Sequence record: SRR20825010_7048
Length of the DNA stretch: 37,111 nucleotides
Reading direction: 5' to 3' (one strand)
Both the position numbers and the translations under genes were made by a program. The notes beneath the pieces are model-generated. The model saw only the letters and a list, made by a program, of their open reading frames with translations, was not told the origin of the DNA and made no database searches. The first letter of the stretch is position 1, and each line of letters starts with the position of its first letter. This document shows positions 20,645-30,454 of the stretch, in pieces.

Positions 20645-23473
20645 GTGAGGTCCGTTTTTCATTTTGTGCTGTTGCTGACCGCGATTATGGTGCCCGGCGT
20701 GCCCGCTGCTGAGCCGCCGCAACCCTCTCCGGCGCCGGTGCTGGGTAGCGAGGATCTGCGCTGGCTGGCGGAGAGAGAATCGTTCCGGGTCGGGGTGCGA
20801 AGTGGTCAGGTGCCGCTGGTGTTTGATACCGGCGAGGGGGAGCTGGCGGGCATCTTCATTGATTACCTCAATCGGCTGTCAGAGAAGCTTGGTGTGCCTA
20901 TTGAGCCGGTGTCGGCTCCGGAAGAACAACTCGGTGAATGGTTGCAGGATGGGACCCTGGATGCCCGGTTGAGTACCCATCTGGCCCATCGTTCCCCTCC
21001 TTCCAATGTAGTGCTTTCCTCGCCGCTGATGAGTTTGACCTATGGCATATTCGTTGGTGCCGATGATGCAGGCATTCGCACGCTCTCGGACCTTGAGGAC
21101 GCGAACATTGCCCTGATCACCAACGATCCCAACCAGTTCGCATTGCTTGACCCTGTCGATAGCTTTTCACCCGTGCCGGTTTCCAGTATCAGCGAAGCCG
21201 TTGGCAGGGTGTTGTCAGGACAGGCGGATGCGTTTCTGGGCCCGGTTCCGGTGGTGTCGGACTATCTGCAGTCTGCCATGGTCAATGGGGTTGGGGTGGC
21301 CACGCTGCTGAACCAGCAATCGGTCGACGTGGTGCTGGAAATGGCAGCGGAGAGTCACCAGGAGAATGACCAGGAGCGCGACCAGTTGTATCGGGTGCTC
21401 AACCAGGCAGTTCTGGCGATTGACCACGGTGAGCACCGGTCGATCCGCCAGTCGTGGTTGCAGACCGAGTTGCCGGAACTGGATCCCTCCGCCATTTCCC
21501 TGTCGGTTGACGAGAGGGCATTTCTCAATCAAAACCCGAATCTTCGAGTGGCCTTCCGGCCGGATTGGCCGCCGTTCGAGTATACCCAGAATGGTCAGTC
21601 TGCCGGGCTCGTGCCGGATCTGGTCAAACGCCTGGAAGAACAACTGAACATTCGCTTCAGCCGTCAGGTGATGGACAACAGCGCCGATGAGGAAAACGCT
21701 TTGCGTTCGGGGGAGGTGGATATACTGCCCGCAATGTCCCGAACCCCAAGGGTCGAGGAATCTTTCCTGTTCAGCCGTGCCTATTTGACCGTTCCCATTG
21801 CCCTTGCCATCCGTGACGACGGTCGCTTTATCGGCGAATTGAGGGAGCTGAGAGACGAAAAGGTGGGTGTGGTTAACCGCCAGGCGGGGCATGACTACCT
21901 ATTGATCAACCACCCCAATCTCGATCTGTATCCGATGACGTCCATCGAGGAAGGGCTGCTGGCCCTGTCCAACGGCGACCTCGACGTCATGGTGACTCAT
22001 ATTCCGGCAGTCAGCTATACCGTTGCCCGCCTGGGGTTGTCCAACCTTCGGATAACGAGCATTACGCCTTACCAGTATGAGCTGAGGTTTGCCGTCAGCA
22101 AGGAGCGGCCCGAACTGCAGCGTATCCTCAATAAAGCGTTGGGCAGTCTGGACGCGGCCGAGACCGAGTCGATCTACAATCGCTGGATCCACCTGGATAT
22201 CGAGCAGGAAACGGACTACACCGTGGTGCGCCGGATCGTGCTTATCGCCTTAGTGGTGGTGCTGATCTTCCTATACTGGAACCGCAAACTGTCACGGGAG
22301 GTGGACGAGCGAATCCGATCTGAAAACGCACTACGCCGCAGCGAAGACGAACTTCGGGCGGCCAAGCTGGAGGCGGAACGCCTGGCGCGGGAAGCTGAGG
22401 CGGCCAGCCTGACGAAAAGCGAATTCCTCGCCAATATGTCCCATGAGATCCGCACGCCGATGAACGCGGTGATTGGCTACAGCGACTTGCTCAGTAATAC
22501 CGTCAAGGATCCCCAGCAGCGGAATTACCTGGATGCCATTCGCGCGGGCAGCCGCAGCCTGCTGATGCTGATCAACGACATCCTGGACCTGTCCCGCATC
22601 GAAGCAGGAAAGATGCGGCTGGAGTATTCGGCGGTGTCGGTGCGGCGGCTGCTCAGTGATGTACGCCACATATTCGACCTGCGCGCTACCGAGCAGGGTA
22701 TCTCGCTGGAAGTCAGCGTTGACTCCAAGATGCCGGCGGCGATGATGCTGGATGAAACACGACTGCGGCAGGTGCTTTTCAATCTTGTTGGCAATGCCAT
22801 CAAGTTTACCCATGAAGGTGGTGTGACGGTCCGCGCCACGGCTACACCGCGGAAGTCATCGGAGAAGCAGCCGGTCGAAGAGGTGGCCAGTGAGGCAGAT
22901 CGTCGCTGCTTTTACCGGTTGGTTGTGACGGTGTCCGATACCGGCATCGGAATTCCTCCCGGCCAGCAGGAGCAGATCTTCGACGCCTTTGAACAGCAGG
23001 AAGGGCAGAACACGCGGCGTTATGGGGGCACGGGGCTGGGCCTGGCCATCAGCCGCAAGCTGGTGCGCATGATGGGCGGTGAACTGCAGGTTGAGAGTGA
23101 GCCTGGCTCGGGCTCCACCTTTACGGTCAAGCTTCCTCGGGTTGAGGCAACCGGTGCCCAGGCCGAAGAAGATGGTACGCCCCAGGAGTCGGAACGACTG
23201 CTGGCACAGACGCTCAGCATGCAGGAGCGTGGATGGTTGCAGGAGCAACTTGCACGGGATTTTGGCGACGAGTGGGAGACGGTACGTGAAAGCGGCGATC
23301 CGGAACAGATGAAGGATTTTGCCAACCGGGTGCTGGAATGGGGTAAGCGGTTCCGTTCGCCCTCGGTTACCCGATATGGAGAGAAACTGCTGGCGGACGT
23401 GGAGGCGTTTAACCTGGATTCCGTGAACAGTGCTCTCGAATCCTTTCCGCGCCTTCTGGGACGGGATCAGTGA
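20645..23473 (+). CDS. Sensor histidine kinase with two periplasmic PBP (Venus flytrap) domains, BvgS/EvgS-like
   Basis: Signal peptide, two PBPb-like domains (DWPPFEY), one [17 protein letters not shown]-box, N-box [10 protein letters not shown], and DTGIG and GGTGLGL G-boxes. Confidence 0.9.
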   Translation: MRSVFHFVLLLTAIMVPGVPAAEPPQPSPAPVLGSEDLRWLAERESFRVGVRSGQVPLVFDTGEGELAGIFIDYLNRLSEKLGVPIEPVSAPEEQLGEWLQDGTLDARLSTHLAHRSPPSNVVLSSPLMSLTYGIFVGADDAGIRTLSDLEDANIALITNDPNQFALLDPVDSFSPVPVSSISEAVGRVLSGQADAFLGPVPVVSDYLQSAMVNGVGVATLLNQQSVDVVLEMAAESHQENDQERDQLYRVLNQAVLAIDHGEHRSIRQSWLQTELPELDPSAISLSVDERAFLNQNPNLRVAFRPDWPPFEYTQNGQSAGLVPDLVKRLEEQLNIRFSRQVMDNSADEENALRSGEVDILPAMSRTPRVEESFLFSRAYLTVPIALAIRDDGRFIGELRELRDEKVGVVNRQAGHDYLLINHPNLDLYPMTSIEEGLLALSNGDLDVMVTHIPAVSYTVARLGLSNLRITSITPYQYELRFAVSKERPELQRILNKALGSLDAAETESIYNRWIHLDIEQETDYTVVRRIVLIALVVVLIFLYWNRKLSREVDERIRSENALRRSEDELRAAKLEAERLAREAEAASLTKSEFLANMSHEIRTPMNAVIGYSDLLSNTVKDPQQRNYLDAIRAGSRSLLMLINDILDLSRIEAGKMRLEYSAVSVRRLLSDVRHIFDLRATEQGISLEVSVDSKMPAAMMLDETRLRQVLFNLVGNAIKFTHEGGVTVRATATPRKSSEKQPVEEVASEADRRCFYRLVVTVSDTGIGIPPGQQEQIFDAFEQQEGQNTRRYGGTGLGLAISRKLVRMMGGELQVESEPGSGSTFTVKLPRVEATGAQAEEDGTPQESERLLAQTLSMQERGWLQEQLARDFGDEWETVRESGDPEQMKDFANRVLEWGKRFRSPSVTRYGEKLLADVEAFNLDSVNSALESFPRLLGRDQ

Positions 23474-23483
23474 CTGGACAGTG

Positions 23484-23846
23484 TCAGAGGCAGTCGAACT
23501 GCGACTTGCGGTCAAAGGCGACAGCGACCATGTCGTAGCCCGAGTCGGACAGCGAGCGAATCAGCTCGCGATCTTTCAGCAGAGCCATGCAGACCCGGTG
23601 TACGTTGGCCTGAAGCTGTTCCTGAGGGGGCTCGGACTCGAATCTGAAATCGACGATCAGGTATTTACGCTCGACGGCCGATGTGGCGGGAATGTCTTCA
23701 CGCTCAATGCTTTCATAGCCAATGTAAGTGGCTTGTTTATCGGGGAAGATTCCACTTAGCAACACGTCCAGGTTGCCTGCCATGACCGGTTGCGAGGCCA
23801 GTGCCAGTAACAGGCTGAGAGCGCCGGTGATGCGTTTGATGGCCAT
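23484..23846 (-). CDS. Hypothetical secreted/periplasmic protein
   Basis: 120-aa ORF with SD AAGGAG, Sec-type signal peptide (..QPVMA|G) and two Cys. Confidence 0.75.
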   Translation of the reverse strand: MAIKRITGALSLLLALASQPVMAGNLDVLLSGIFPDKQATYIGYESIEREDIPATSAVERKYLIVDFRFESEPPQEQLQANVHRVCMALLKDRELIRSLSDSGYDMVAVAFDRKSQFDCL

Positions 23847-23882
23847 GAGAGCCGCTCCTTTGGAATCGGTTCGTCGATCAAT

Positions 23883-23907
23883 GTAAACATATGTAACGTT
23901 TAGTTAC
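23883..23907. promoter_or_regulatory. OmpR/CpxR-type tandem repeat operator candidate
   Basis: GTAAA-N5-GTAAC at 23883-23897, plus an overlapping GTAAC-N5-GTTAC inverted pair, in an AT-rich divergent intergenic region. Confidence 0.4.
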
Positions 23908-24062
23908 TGATGATTATCGCAGAGTGCGAACAGGTTTGCGTATTTTTTGCACGAATTTTTCAATTGTTTGCAATGTTCAGAGAATCCATCGGCTGGGTGT
24001 GGATTTCCGCAGCCTGCCAGGATCAACTACTATGGATAAAAACAGAAGCGCATAGAGGCAGG

Positions 24063-24677
24063 ATGATGTTCCAACTCGTCTTCAAAGGTGAATGCACACC
24101 GGGAACCGACCCGGCAACCGCCCGCAGTAATGCCAGAACCCTGTTCAAGGCAACGGTGGACCAGATTGAGCGTATGTTCAGCGGTCAGCCAGTCGTTATC
24201 CGCAACAAACTGGAGGAAGTCCAGGCGGAAAAGTACCGCGCGGTGCTGCAAAAGCACGGCATGGTGGCTTATGTGCAGCCCATGGAGGGCGCCGTTGCCT
24301 CTGCAGCCGAGCGCGCGGCGCCCGCCGCTCAACCACAGGCTGAGCCAAAACCTGCCCCTGCAACACCCCCAGCAGGGGCAGCGGGTACTGATGCCGGGTC
24401 CGGGAGCGCCGTTGCCGTGGAGCCGGGCGACCGCTTGCCAGTGGCGGGCGATAAAGTCGACAGCATTCTTTCCGGGTCCGGGCTGACACTTGACCCCGTT
24501 GGCGTCACGCTTGAGGAACACCGGGAGGCTCCCGCTCCCATGTTCCAGCATTTGGACGACTGGACACTGGCGCCTCCGGGCAGTGACCTGGGCGTGAAGC
24601 GTGAGGTTCCACCACCGGTTGTACCTGATGTCTCTCACCTGTCCCTGGCGGACGAGGATCCCACAGACGATGCCTGA
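24063..24677 (+). CDS. Hypothetical protein (compact N-terminal domain, Pro/Ala linker, repeated LxLxPxG tail)
   Basis: Start set to ATG 24063/24066 after GAGGCAGG; low-complexity linker; 12 bp from the patatin gene. Confidence 0.75.
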   Translation: MMFQLVFKGECTPGTDPATARSNARTLFKATVDQIERMFSGQPVVIRNKLEEVQAEKYRAVLQKHGMVAYVQPMEGAVASAAERAAPAAQPQAEPKPAPATPPAGAAGTDAGSGSAVAVEPGDRLPVAGDKVDSILSGSGLTLDPVGVTLEEHREAPAPMFQHLDDWTLAPPGSDLGVKREVPPPVVPDVSHLSLADEDPTDDA

Positions 24678-24689
24678 CAGTCGGACGGG

Positions 24690-26894
24690 ATGATGTTAAC
24701 AGCCAGATTGACCGCCCTCCTGCTTGCCGTGCTCGCAGCTATGCCCCTTATGGCCGACGTAGGGCGGCCGAAAGTGGGCCTGGTGCTAAGCGGCGGAGGG
24801 GCCAAGGGTATGGCCCATGTGGGTGTGCTGCGAGTGCTGGAAGAATTGAAGGTGCCCGTGGACATTGTGGTGGGCACCAGTGCCGGCTCCGCGGTTGGGG
24901 CACTCTATGCCTCTGGTATGGAGGTCCAGGAGATTGAAGAGCGCTTTATCGAGATGGACTGGGTGTCCAGTTTTCGTGACGACCCGGGCCGTGCCTACAA
25001 GCCTGTCAGGCGCAAGCGTCAGGACTGGCGCTACCCGGTCTCGCCCGGCATCGGTGTGCGCATGGACGGTCTGCATTTGGGGGGCGGTATCATCGCCGGT
25101 CAGAACCTCGGTTTTATCCTCAATGAGCTCACCCGTGATGCAGCCCTGGTTGAAGATTTTGATGAACTGGCCATCCCGTTCAGGGCCGTCGCCACGGACC
25201 TGGAAACCGGCGAGGAAGTGGTGATCGGCAGTGGCAACCTGTCGGAAGCGATCCGCGCCAGCATGAGTATTCCCGGCGTCTATGCGCCGGTCACACTGAA
25301 TGGGCGTTTGCTGGTGGATGGAGGTGTGGCCAATAACCTGCCGGTCAGCGTGGCCCATGAGCTTGGGGCCGACATTGTCATTGCCGTGGACATCACCGAT
25401 CCCCTGTTGGAGCGGGAGGACATACGCGAGGCGTTCTCTGTGGTTGGTCAGTTGACCACCATGATGACGCGGCAAAACACCGAGCGGCAGCTCAAGTTGC
25501 TGGATGATCAGGACATCCTGATGCGACCGGATCTGCAGGGCTTGTCCTCAGCAGATTTCTATGAGGCTCCGGCGCTGTTTGAGCTGGGCGCCAGCAGTGC
25601 TCGTGGTCACGCAGGGGAACTTCGTCATCTGAGCGTCAGTGATGATGAGTGGGATCGATTTCGCGGTCGCCTGAAGGCGCACTCGTTCAACCCGGGCGTT
25701 ATCACCGATATTCGCATTGACGACCGTTCTCGCCTGGCGGGGGATTTCCTTCGTGAGCGCATACGCCAGCAGACGGGTGAGCCTCTGGATGTGGATGCAC
25801 TGGAGGAGGATCTCAAGCGTATTTACGGTCTTGGCTACTATGAAACCGTTTCCTATTCGCTGGTGCCGACCGACGGCCCCGGCACGGACCTGGTTATTCG
25901 GGTTCGCGAGAAAAGCTGGGGGCCGAACTACCTGTCCTTTGGCCTGAACTACGAAGACAATTTCGAGAACGATACCCGGTTTAATGTCGCCACGTCGTTG
26001 CGGATGACGGGGCTGAATGCCCTGGGCGGTGAGTGGACGACCGGGCTTCAGTTGGGCACCCAGCCCCGGGTTCGAACCGAATGGTTCCAGCCACTGGACT
26101 ATGGTTTCGAAAGATTCCTCACGCTGGGCGGTGCCTATTCCCGTGAAAGCCTGAGTGCGTTCGATGGCGAAGGCGAGCGCATAACCGAAGTGGATATCAC
26201 CAATCGCCAGGTGGATCTGGCCCTGGGTACCGAACTGGGTGTAAACGGAGAGGTGCGTCTTGAGTATGTGCGGGGCTACGCCACCGTCGACGAGCAGATC
26301 GGCGCACCGATGGCGCCCTCCGGCTCCATCCAGAGTGGCAGTCTCCGGCTCCAGCTTGTTCACGACTCCCTCGACGATACCTTCCTGCCGGAGTCCGGCG
26401 GGTTCGCCGGCATCCGTGGCCGGTTCGAGCGCCCGGGCCTTGGGTCCGACCGTCATTTTGATTCGGTCACCGTCATGGCCCTGGGCACCGCAAGCTGGAG
26501 ACGGGCGAGTATCACCGGCCTGTTGTATGCCAACGCGGTCACCAAGGGCGTTGCCGGCATCGAGAATTCAGTACTGCTGGGCGGCTTTCACCGGCTATCG
26601 GCATACAGCCAGGGCGAAGTGGCGGGAGAGGATGCGGCTCTGGCAGGCGTCTTTGTCCGGCAGGAATTTGGCGGGCCGTTTGTGCCCTGGTTTGCCGGAG
26701 CCGGGTTCGAGACTGGTAACGCCTGGTCCTCGCTGGGGGAGGCCCGCTGGAACAACCTGTTGCGCTCTGGGAGCCTGTTTGCCGGCGTTGAAACCTTCCT
26801 GGGACCGGTGCAGATTGCCACGGCCTACAACAACCGGGATGACTGGAGTGCCTACCTCAACGTCGGCTTTTCGTTTACCCGGCTGTTTGAATGA
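24690..26894 (+). CDS. Patatin-like phospholipase-POTRA-beta-barrel protein (PlpD / type Vd secretion)
   Basis: Signal peptide, GGGAKG, GTSAG and DGG motifs; POTRA-like LEEDLKRIYGLGYYETV; beta-strand-rich C-terminus ending YLNVGFSF... Confidence 0.9.
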   Translation: MMLTARLTALLLAVLAAMPLMADVGRPKVGLVLSGGGAKGMAHVGVLRVLEELKVPVDIVVGTSAGSAVGALYASGMEVQEIEERFIEMDWVSSFRDDPGRAYKPVRRKRQDWRYPVSPGIGVRMDGLHLGGGIIAGQNLGFILNELTRDAALVEDFDELAIPFRAVATDLETGEEVVIGSGNLSEAIRASMSIPGVYAPVTLNGRLLVDGGVANNLPVSVAHELGADIVIAVDITDPLLEREDIREAFSVVGQLTTMMTRQNTERQLKLLDDQDILMRPDLQGLSSADFYEAPALFELGASSARGHAGELRHLSVSDDEWDRFRGRLKAHSFNPGVITDIRIDDRSRLAGDFLRERIRQQTGEPLDVDALEEDLKRIYGLGYYETVSYSLVPTDGPGTDLVIRVREKSWGPNYLSFGLNYEDNFENDTRFNVATSLRMTGLNALGGEWTTGLQLGTQPRVRTEWFQPLDYGFERFLTLGGAYSRESLSAFDGEGERITEVDITNRQVDLALGTELGVNGEVRLEYVRGYATVDEQIGAPMAPSGSIQSGSLRLQLVHDSLDDTFLPESGGFAGIRGRFERPGLGSDRHFDSVTVMALGTASWRRASITGLLYANAVTKGVAGIENSVLLGGFHRLSAYSQGEVAGEDAALAGVFVRQEFGGPFVPWFAGAGFETGNAWSSLGEARWNNLLRSGSLFAGVETFLGPVQIATAYNNRDDWSAYLNVGFSFTRLFE

Positions 26895-26906
26895 GCCGCC
26901 CGTTGC

Positions 26907-27581
26907 TCAAGCCGTAGCCGATGCGCTGTGAATAGCGTCAAGCACCTGCTGACACTGTTGTTCCGCGTACCCGGCCAGAATGGCCGCAAGACGTTCCTCG
27001 TCCCGTTCCTTGATCGCACCGATCGATTCCCGCACATGGGCCAGGTTGTCTTCCAGCACCCGGTTGCCACCACGCTGGAACGCCACAAAGGCGCAACGTT
27101 TTGCCGATGGCCACAGATCCTCAATGGCGGAAATGATGAAATAGTTGTCGGCATAGGCCAGTGAGGCCTGAGTGTACTCTATGCCCAGCTCCAGAAACGC
27201 CAGCAGGTCGTTATTGTCATGGCAGCCTTTCATACGCTGGTAGAGGGATTCGAGTTTGTCCATGTCGGCTGCCTGCCACTGCCGCACCAGCTTGCGACCG
27301 GTATGGGTCAGGTACAGTTGCAGCACTTCGTACAGGCTGCGTACAAAATAGTCGTCCAGCGGCGTAACGAATGCGCCCTTGCGGGGCACGTTCTGTACCA
27401 GATGGCGTTTTTCAAGCAGCAGCAAGCCTTCGCGGATCGACCCGTGGCTTACGTCCATTTGCTTTGCCATGGCGCTTTCGTAGATGCGTTCGCCGGAGCG
27501 AAGCTGACCGAAAGCGATGAGGTTTTCGATGTGACGGGCGACCTGTTCGGTCAGGGTTTCGCGAGGCTTGAATGTGGTCAT
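26907..27581 (-). CDS. GntR-family (FCD-type) transcriptional regulator
   Basis: N-terminal wHTH (GERIYE...MDVSHGSIREGL...PRKGAFV). Confidence 0.9.
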   Translation of the reverse strand: MTTFKPRETLTEQVARHIENLIAFGQLRSGERIYESAMAKQMDVSHGSIREGLLLLEKRHLVQNVPRKGAFVTPLDDYFVRSLYEVLQLYLTHTGRKLVRQWQAADMDKLESLYQRMKGCHDNNDLLAFLELGIEYTQASLAYADNYFIISAIEDLWPSAKRCAFVAFQRGGNRVLEDNLAHVRESIGAIKERDEERLAAILAGYAEQQCQQVLDAIHSASATA

Positions 27582-27689
27582 GGTCCTGCTTCGTTACAGC
27601 ATGCTGGCTCAATGGTTCTGGAATACTCTCACATTCTTTGCGTATGGAAAATGGGCACACCAAAACGGGCCAGGCCCTGGTGGAGGGTT

Positions 27690-29126
27690 TCAGAGCAGGG
27701 GGCCAAGCAACCGTATGGTGCGGCACGTCAACCGGAAGGCCACAGAACGGTCCCGGTAATCCCGTTCCGTCATCAGTCGACTGGTGGTGAGATCCTGTTC
27801 CAGCAGATGTTCAATGCCGCTCACAAACTCAACGGCGGTACTGATGGCGGTTATCTCGAAGTTCAGTCGCATCGAGCGGTTGTCCAGGTTGGCGGTGCCG
27901 ATGGCCGCGTAGCGGTCATCCACCAATACGACTTTCTGATGCATGAAGCCCGGCTGGTAGCGATAGATGCCAATGCCGGCGCGGCATGCCTGTACCAGGT
28001 ATGAGTACGCAGCCAGTCGGATCAGCCGGCTGTCAGATTTCTCGGGGATAATGATTCGCACGTCCACACCCCGCAGGGCCGCCAGTTGCAGGGCGTTCAT
28101 GATCTGAACGTCGGGCACGAAATACGGTGAGGCGATCCAGATCCGCGTACGGGCATTGTTAATGCAATTGAGGAAAAACAGCGTGCAGGTTTCGTAGGTA
28201 TCCGCCGGGCCGGTGGGCAGAATCAGAACTTCCTGGTTGCCAGGCTTCGGTTGGGAAGGCGTCCAGTTGAGCGTCGGGAAGTCCTCACTGGCCCAGTTCC
28301 AGTCCTCGAGCCAGGCCAGTTGCAGCCCGGTCACCGCCGGGCCGGTAATGCGGCAGTGGCTGTCACGCCAGGGCTCCTCGTCCATGGCAGTGCCCAGATA
28401 CTCGTCGCCGAGGTTGATGCCTCCGACAAATCCGACCTCACCATCACAGACCAGCAGTTTCCGATGATTGCGGAAGTTGACCTGCAGGCGCATGCGACGA
28501 AAATTGCCGTCTCCGAACGAGGCAACCTTTGCACCGGCGGCGGCCAGTTCCCGGAGGTACTTCCGCGGTAGCCAGACACTGCCAATGTCGTCATAGAGGA
28601 ACCAGACCTGAACGCCCTGGGCCAGCTTGCGTTTCAGGATCGACTTGATGCGTTGGCCGACCTTGTCGGAGCGAACAATGTAGAACTCCAGGAGAATGTA
28701 GTGTCGGGCGTTTTCCATGGCATCGAACAGCGCCTCAAAGGTGGCTTCCCCATTCTTGAGGAGGTCGCATCGATTCCCGGTGGTAAACGGCTGTCGGCCC
28801 AGCTTGCAGAGGACCTGGAGTTCGTCCGGAACATGTTCATCGTTGCGTTTGCTGACCGCTGCCGTCTGCTGTTCGAAATGGTTGAGCAGTTCCGTCAGTG
28901 CGGCGTCGCCGGTGCGTCTGGCCCTGATATAGCCGCCGAACCGGTTGCGTCCGAACAACAGGAACATGGGAACGGCGACATAGGGCAGGCCGATCAGTGC
29001 CAGAATCCAGGCGATGGCTCCCTGTGCCACGCGGTAGGTCATCAGTATCCGATAGATGCAGGCAGCCGCGGCCAGGTAGATCAGGGCCAGTGCGAGGGGC
29101 AGCCAGGGCACGTCAGCGATACTCAT
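27690..29126 (-). CDS. cls: Cardiolipin synthase
   Basis: Two HKD motifs (NHRKLLVCDG, MHQKVVLVDD) and two N-terminal TM helices; start ATG 29126 overlaps the AraC stop. Confidence 0.93.
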   Translation of the reverse strand: MSIADVPWLPLALALIYLAAAACIYRILMTYRVAQGAIAWILALIGLPYVAVPMFLLFGRNRFGGYIRARRTGDAALTELLNHFEQQTAAVSKRNDEHVPDELQVLCKLGRQPFTTGNRCDLLKNGEATFEALFDAMENARHYILLEFYIVRSDKVGQRIKSILKRKLAQGVQVWFLYDDIGSVWLPRKYLRELAAAGAKVASFGDGNFRRMRLQVNFRNHRKLLVCDGEVGFVGGINLGDEYLGTAMDEEPWRDSHCRITGPAVTGLQLAWLEDWNWASEDFPTLNWTPSQPKPGNQEVLILPTGPADTYETCTLFFLNCINNARTRIWIASPYFVPDVQIMNALQLAALRGVDVRIIIPEKSDSRLIRLAAYSYLVQACRAGIGIYRYQPGFMHQKVVLVDDRYAAIGTANLDNRSMRLNFEITAISTAVEFVSGIEHLLEQDLTTSRLMTERDYRDRSVAFRLTCRTIRLLGPLL

Positions 29127-30187
29127 TCCGGCGCGTCTCCATTGTCGATGTTCAGGTGGCGGGCGCGGTACTGGGCCGGTGCCATCCCGGTCCAGCGCTT
29201 GAACGCGCGGCTGAAGGCGCTGAGCTCGGAAAAACCCAGCAGGAAAGCGATTTCGCCCAATGCGTAGTGGTCCGACGCCACGTAGCGCATGGCTTTGTCC
29301 TTGCGGACTTCCTCCACCAGCTCGTGAAATCCAAGCCCTTCTTTCTTTAACCGTCGATATAGGGTTTGTCGGCTCATATGGCACTGTTTCGCCAGTGTGT
29401 CGGCGTCGATGCGATCGGTGGACATCTGGCGTGAAATCAGTCGCCGGATCTTGCGGCCGAAGGTACGCCTGCTTTGCAGCCGGGCCAGCACTGCGTTGAC
29501 CTGCTTCAGCACGGCGGAATAAACGTAGGGGTTGCGATGGGGAATCGGATGGCTCAGGTGGTGGCTACTGAAGGCCAGGCGAGTTGCACCACAGCCAAAA
29601 AACACCGGGCCACCCAGTAATCGCTGGTATTCATCGGCATAGCCCGGTTTCGGGTGGGCGATCTCGGCCCACTCGGCAACGATGGATGGGTGGATGAAAT
29701 GCCGGGTGCGGCATAGAGCCGCCGCCAGCGTCCGGTCCATATCCTGGCGACAGTAGTGCCCGGGGGTGTCCGCCTGCCAGGTCAGGATGGCCTGCTCGCC
29801 GGTTTGTTCAAAACTCAGGATCACGGATTCGTTAATCAACCGGTGCAGGCGAACATACTGGGTAACGGCCTCGCCGAGAGTGTCGCAATTGAAAAACACG
29901 TGGCCGACCAGGCCCATTCGGTCAGGATCGACCACCTGGCCGGCATGGAGGCCAACGGCAGGGTCTCCGGTGACCTTTTCAGCGTGTTCCCACAGGCGGT
30001 AATGGCGCTCGGCCGGAATGCGCAGGTCCGGGTCTGCCAGCTCGTTTTTGTTGAACCCGGCGATCCGCTCAACGGTGGGGATGTCCAGCACGCCCTGGCG
30101 GTCCAGGTAATGAACCAGGGCCAGCGTGCTCGAGGCTGCAACCAGTGGCGATGTGGTGGCTTTTGCCTGGGGTGAGTTCACGGTCAC
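29123..30187 (-). CDS. AraC-family regulator (OruR/Arabinose_bd_2-type N-domain)
   Basis: C-terminal MSRQTLYRRL...EIAFLLGFSELSAFSRAFKRWTGMAPAQYR; N-terminal TGDPAVGLHAG. Confidence 0.92.
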   Translation of the reverse strand: MTVNSPQAKATTSPLVAASSTLALVHYLDRQGVLDIPTVERIAGFNKNELADPDLRIPAERHYRLWEHAEKVTGDPAVGLHAGQVVDPDRMGLVGHVFFNCDTLGEAVTQYVRLHRLINESVILSFEQTGEQAILTWQADTPGHYCRQDMDRTLAAALCRTRHFIHPSIVAEWAEIAHPKPGYADEYQRLLGGPVFFGCGATRLAFSSHHLSHPIPHRNPYVYSAVLKQVNAVLARLQSRRTFGRKIRRLISRQMSTDRIDADTLAKQCHMSRQTLYRRLKKEGLGFHELVEEVRKDKAMRYVASDHYALGEIAFLLGFSELSAFSRAFKRWTGMAPAQYRARHLNIDNGDAPE

Positions 30188-30221
30188 CTATGATTGAGGG
30201 TTAACAGGAATTCATCGGTGC

Positions 30222-30286
30222 TGATACAAAATGTCAAACCTGTGGGACAGCCTGTCAACGGTTTATTGTCCTAACAACGATAGCAT
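30222..30286 (+). promoter_or_regulatory. Tandem operator-like repeats plus -10 element
   Basis: TGATACAAAATGTCAA (30222-30237) and TGGGACAGCCTGTCAA (30243-30258) are 21 bp apart; TAGCAT at 30281-30286. Confidence 0.55.
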
Positions 30287-30334
30287 TAAGTCATCGAGGA
30301 TTCTCACTCGCACATCTGGATTGGAGGTGTTTTC

Positions 30335-30427
30335 ATGGAACTGGAAATTTTTGTGCCCCATAACGAGCTGGAGCGCTCCAATATTGCCGCTTTGGCTGAG
30401 TACCTGAACAGCATGTACTACTGCTAA
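30335..30427 (+). CDS. Unannotated 30-aa small protein MELEIFVPHNELERSNIAALAEYLNSMYYC
   Basis: SD GGAGGT at 30323-30328, 6 nt before the ATG; TAA stop; followed by a terminator; below the ORF-track size cutoff. Confidence 0.65.
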   Translation: MELEIFVPHNELERSNIAALAEYLNSMYYC

Positions 30428-30454
30428 TCAGTTTCAGCAAACGTTTATGACCTG

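Noticed and set aside
29127-29384. N-terminal extension of cls in the ORF track (similar extensions for fre, hemD, xerC, the antiporter and tcdA)
   Set aside because: Longest-ORF artefacts that overlap upstream genes or intergenic elements; downstream starts fit the family lengths and the SD/coupling signals
30222-30258. FNR/ANR box
   Set aside because: Half-site sequence and spacing do not fit TTGAT-N4-ATCAA
30335-30427. Small ORF as a RiPP/cofactor precursor (PqqA- or MftA-like)
   Set aside because: No radical SAM, YcaO, peptidase or transporter genes nearby, and it lacks the motifs I recall for those precursors; modification in trans cannot be fully excluded
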